A stretch of DNA of 51,214 bases, from contig NC_068987.1 of the NCBI RefSeq assembly GCF_001194135.2, forward strand, positions 83,892,851-83,944,064, written 5' to 3'. Origin of the DNA: Octopus bimaculoides (Eukaryota). Each line of letters starts with the position of its first letter. The stretch's first letter is position 1. The position numbers and the translations under genes are program-made. The notes below the pieces were generated by a model that was not told where the DNA came from, searched no databases, and saw only the letters and a list, made by a program, of their open reading frames with translations. Of the stretch, positions 47,743 to 51,214 are shown in pieces.

Positions 47743-48054
47743 NNNNNNNNNNNNNNNNNNNNNNNNNNNNNNNNNNNNNNNNNNNNNNNNNNNNNNNNNN
47801 NNNNNNNNNNNNNNNNNNNNNNNNNNNNNNNNNNNNNNNNNNNNNNNNNNNNNNNNNNNNNNNNNNNNNNNNNNNNNNNNNNNNNNNNNNNNNNNNNNNN
47901 NNNNNNNNNNNNNNNNNNNNNNNNNNNNNNNNNNNNNNNNNNNNNNNNNNNNNNNNNNNNNNNNNNNNNNNNNNNNNNNNNNNNNNNNNNNNNNNNNNNN
48001 NNNNNNNNNNNNNNNNNNTGTACATATATATGGGAGAATGTACGAAAAAAACAA

Positions 48055-48200
48055 CAACAACAGACGAGGACAGGTGGTGTAAACAACAAAAGGATGTATG
48101 AGTTTGACGCTCGGGAATACAAAAAGTCTTTAACATTTCGAGCTACGCTCTTCAACAGAAAGAATACGGAGAAAACAAGGAGAAAAACACGAAGAAAAAA
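48055..48200 (-). mobile_element. Family H1 copy with HHR-like fold (48125-48165)
   Basis: Minus strand ucuuu-CUGUUGA-A-GAGC(gua)GCUC-GAAAU-GUU^aaaga. Confidence 0.75.
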
Positions 48201-48261
48201 AATGTATGTATGTATATACACACACACACACACTCACACACACATTTGTGTGTGTGAGTGT

Positions 48262-48470
48262 GTGTTGTGTGTCTATATTTGTCACCCACAACCGCTTGAG
48301 AACCGGTGTTGGTATGTTTACGTTCCCAGAACTAGTGGTTCCGCAAAAGAGCTCGATAGAAAAAGTACGTGGCTTAAAAATTTATAAGCCCCGGGGTCAA
48401 TTTGTCCCACTAAAACACTTCAAATCCGTGCCCCAGTATGGTAACAAATATTAAAAAAATGAAAAAGATT
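48262..48470 (+). mobile_element. SINE B-like 3' part
   Basis: cttgagaaccggtgttggtatgtttacgttccc...gtgccccagtatgg. Confidence 0.7.
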
Positions 48471-48559
48471 CGAACCAATATTTCAGTCCTGATTGTTTCC
48501 TTTGTTCACTTTATGTAAACCCCAGGTGCTCAGACGTAAAAGATATATTTTTTTTTGTC

Positions 48560-48773
48560 TTTTTTAGTCTAGACACAAGACCAGAAATTTCGGGGGAGGG
48601 GGTCAGTCGATTAGATCTACCCCAGTACGCAACTGGCACTTAATTTATCGTCCCTGAAAAGATAAAAAGTAAAGTCGACCTCAGCGGAATTTGAACTCAG
48701 AACGTAACGGCAGACGAAATACCGCGAAGCATTTCGCTTAGTCTTGCTAACGTTTCTGCCATCTCACCGCCTT
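48560..48773 (-). mobile_element. SINE family A (tail 2)
   Basis: Full reverse match. Confidence 0.9.
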
Positions 48774-49451
48774 TTGATGTAAAATATATCGTACGAGCGT
48801 GAATTTTTATGATTTTGTTTCTGTGTAAGAAAAAAAAAATGTGTAAACTGTTGCATCGAGTTACATAATTTTACGCATTAAAGTGGAAACTTGGCTATTC
48901 GACAAATAGAGATCGATATAATAAATATGAAACTTAAATCTTTACTTTGATCAGTATGATGTTTTTCCGTGTGTATTTGTTTGCATGTCTTTGTGTATAC
49001 GATACTTTAAAACAGAANNNNNNNNNNNNNNNNNNNNNNNNNNNNNNNNNNNNNNNNNNNNNNNNNNNNNNNNNNNNNNNNNNNNNNNNNNNNNNNNNNN
49101 NNNNNNNNNNNNNNNNNNNNNNNNNNNNNNNNNNNNNNNNNNNNNNNNNNNNNNNNNNNNNNNNNNNNNNNNNNNNNNNNNNNNNNNNNNNNNNNNNNNN
49201 NNNNNNNNNNNNNNNNNNNNNNNNNNNNNNNNNNNNNNNNNNNNNNNNNNNNNNNNNNNNNNNNNNNNNNNNNNNNNNNNNNNNNNNNNNNNNNNNNNNN
49301 NNNNNNNNNNNNNNNNNNNNNNNNNNNNNNNNNNNNNNNNNNNNNNNNNNNNNNNNNNNNNNNNNNNNNNNNNNNNNNNNNNNNNNNNNNNNNNNNNNNN
49401 NNNNNNNNNNNNNNNATATATGTCTGTCTCTTTCTATCTGTCGATTTATCG

Positions 49452-49523
<72 letters not shown>
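49452..49523. repeat. (CTAT)n microsatellite
   Basis: Direct. Confidence 0.95.
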
Positions 49524-49526
<3 letters not shown>

Positions 49527-49585
49527 CCCAGATATATGCTTAGGTGCGTGTAAGTATGATTATCAGTGTTGTATGTTTTAATGTT

Positions 49586-49642
<57 letters not shown>

Positions 49643-49669
49643 ATTTGTGCGTATACATTAATATACGTG

Positions 49670-49862
49670 TGTCTTTGTGTCTTTACAACAGTTGCTGGTG
49701 TGTTTACGTCCATGCAACTTAGCAGTTCGACAAAGAAAGCAGTTAAGATAAGTACCAGGCTTAGAAATGAGACTGGGATCAATTCGTTCGACTAAAAGTT
49801 TACAAGGCGGTGCCCCAGCATTGCCGCAATCTAATGACTGACATAAGTAAAAGATAAAAAAT
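49670..49862 (+). mobile_element. SINE B-like 3' part
   Basis: gctggtgtgtttacgtcc...caaggcggtgccccagcattgccgca..atgactga. Confidence 0.8.
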
Positions 49863-50601
49863 AAAACAAACGTAGATTTCCAATGCCAGCATTTCTTACG
49901 AGTAAACTGTCTCCACATCAAAGGAGATGCTCTCGTTCGGGGACACTCGCCGGTGGTCCGCATATTACTAGTTAGAGCCACTTGCTCGTGTATCTGCTGC
50001 GGTTAAGGGAATCTAGACTGTTTCCGTAGGCGTGACGGCATTGGTAAAGTGGATTACCAGAGATCTTCCCATGCAACTGAATATGGTTTTCCTGTTTCCC
50101 ATGCAATCCACTGGAAGCACCAGACAGCGCGGTTCCAATCGAGGTCATGCACTCTTCCCATAAATACGTTAGGAATAAATTTAAATATGGAAACCATTAA
50201 CCTTGCAAAGAAATTCTCACACAACCCAAACATTTCCCTGTGGTGGCTTTTATGTTTATATTAATCTCAAACATCTTATGCCTATATTAGAAGCCAATAT
50301 TATGAGGATTTACATTGGTTGGCAGATATCAGCATGGATTACAAAACAGTTTGTTCGTTGAGGTTACAAACAAGGCCACCGACTCTTCTTAGACTCATTA
50401 GACTCTCAATGCTTCTGGCTAACAAAACTCAACGGTGTCATGTCACCAGCTGTCCGAGAACCAATACGCTAATAAAGTGTGTTTTGAACACTCATTCGGC
50501 GTGAAGTTGTTCTCCTCTGAAGAAACATAATAGCGATGGGAATATTCACGTTCGATTCTACAGACACAAATGTGTAAGTGATCACAATATTATTCCGGTA
50601 C

Positions 50602-51040
50602 TAAGGCGGTAAGCTGGCAGAAACGTTAGCACGCCGGGCGAAATGCTTAGCGGTATTTCGTCTGCCGTTACGTACTGAGTTCAAATTCCGCCAAGGTCGA
50701 CTTTGCCTTTCACCTTTTCGAGGTCGATAAATTAAGTACCAGTTACGCACTGGGGTCGATATGATCGACTTAATCCTTTTGTCTGTCCTTGTTTGTCCCT
50801 TCTATGTTTAGCCCCTTGTGGACAACAAAGAAATCAAAAACGTTAGCACGCCGGGCGAAATGCTCAACGGTGTTTCTTTTGTCTTACGCTCTCAGTTCAA
50901 ATACCACCGAGATTATTTTTGACTTTTATCTTGTTGAGGTTCGATAAAATAAGTACCAGTCGAATACGTGGGTCGCTGTAACCGGTTTATCCCACCATCC
51001 GAACTTGATGGCCTTTTGCCTCGATTTGAAACCAATATTA
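50602..51040 (+). mobile_element. SINE A dimer: young tail-1 copy (50602-50834) fused to an old headless tail-2 copy (50835-51040)
   Basis: Junction caaagaaatc|aaaaacgttagcacgccgggcg. Confidence 0.9.
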
Positions 51041-51182
51041 TTCCCGTGTGCTTATTTGTAGATATAGGTATCGATATTGTTTGGGAATGGCAAAGGAACA
51101 TAGTCGTGAGAGTGGAACAAATTTCTGTGTTGTAATCGGTTATGACGCTTTCATTTCCGAGTTCGCATCATGCCTTTATCCA

Positions 51183-51214
<32 letters not shown>

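Noticed and set aside
6197-49581. Long ORFs containing X runs, and the many CV/HT/YI/LS/poly-I ORFs
   Set aside because: Artefacts of N-gaps and microsatellites.

Overview
AT-rich, repeat-dense eukaryotic DNA with ten N-gaps, most abutting (TA)n/(GA)n tracts. The repeat content (abundant tRNA-headed SINEs, RTE and R4/Dong fragments, heavy microsatellite load) looks like an Octopus-type cephalopod genome; this is inference from recalled repeat families, not a search. I found no intact protein-coding gene. The window holds about 25 copies of one SINE family (A) on both strands, plus three other SINE families (B-D). It also holds a decayed mariner, a 3' fragment of an R4/Dong-type retroposon ending in (AAT)n, two RTE-type RT fragments, a split zinc-knuckle ORF1-like relic, a hAT-type MITE, a higher-order minisatellite and a few weak exon candidates. 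The main signal is at least three unrelated short non-coding repeats carrying minimal type I hammerhead ribozyme (HHR) folds with palindromic helix III, plus a fourth with hammerhead core motifs at a gap edge. They are a 107-bp tandem retrozyme-like unit (46946-47145), a tRNA-head + microsatellite + HHR chimera (5595-6000), a dispersed family sharing a non-canonical CUGU(G/U)GA core (3 copies), and the element at 25469. SINE A also appears to insert repeatedly into its own head. All family names and ribozyme activity are unverified. Coordinates of decayed elements are approximate.
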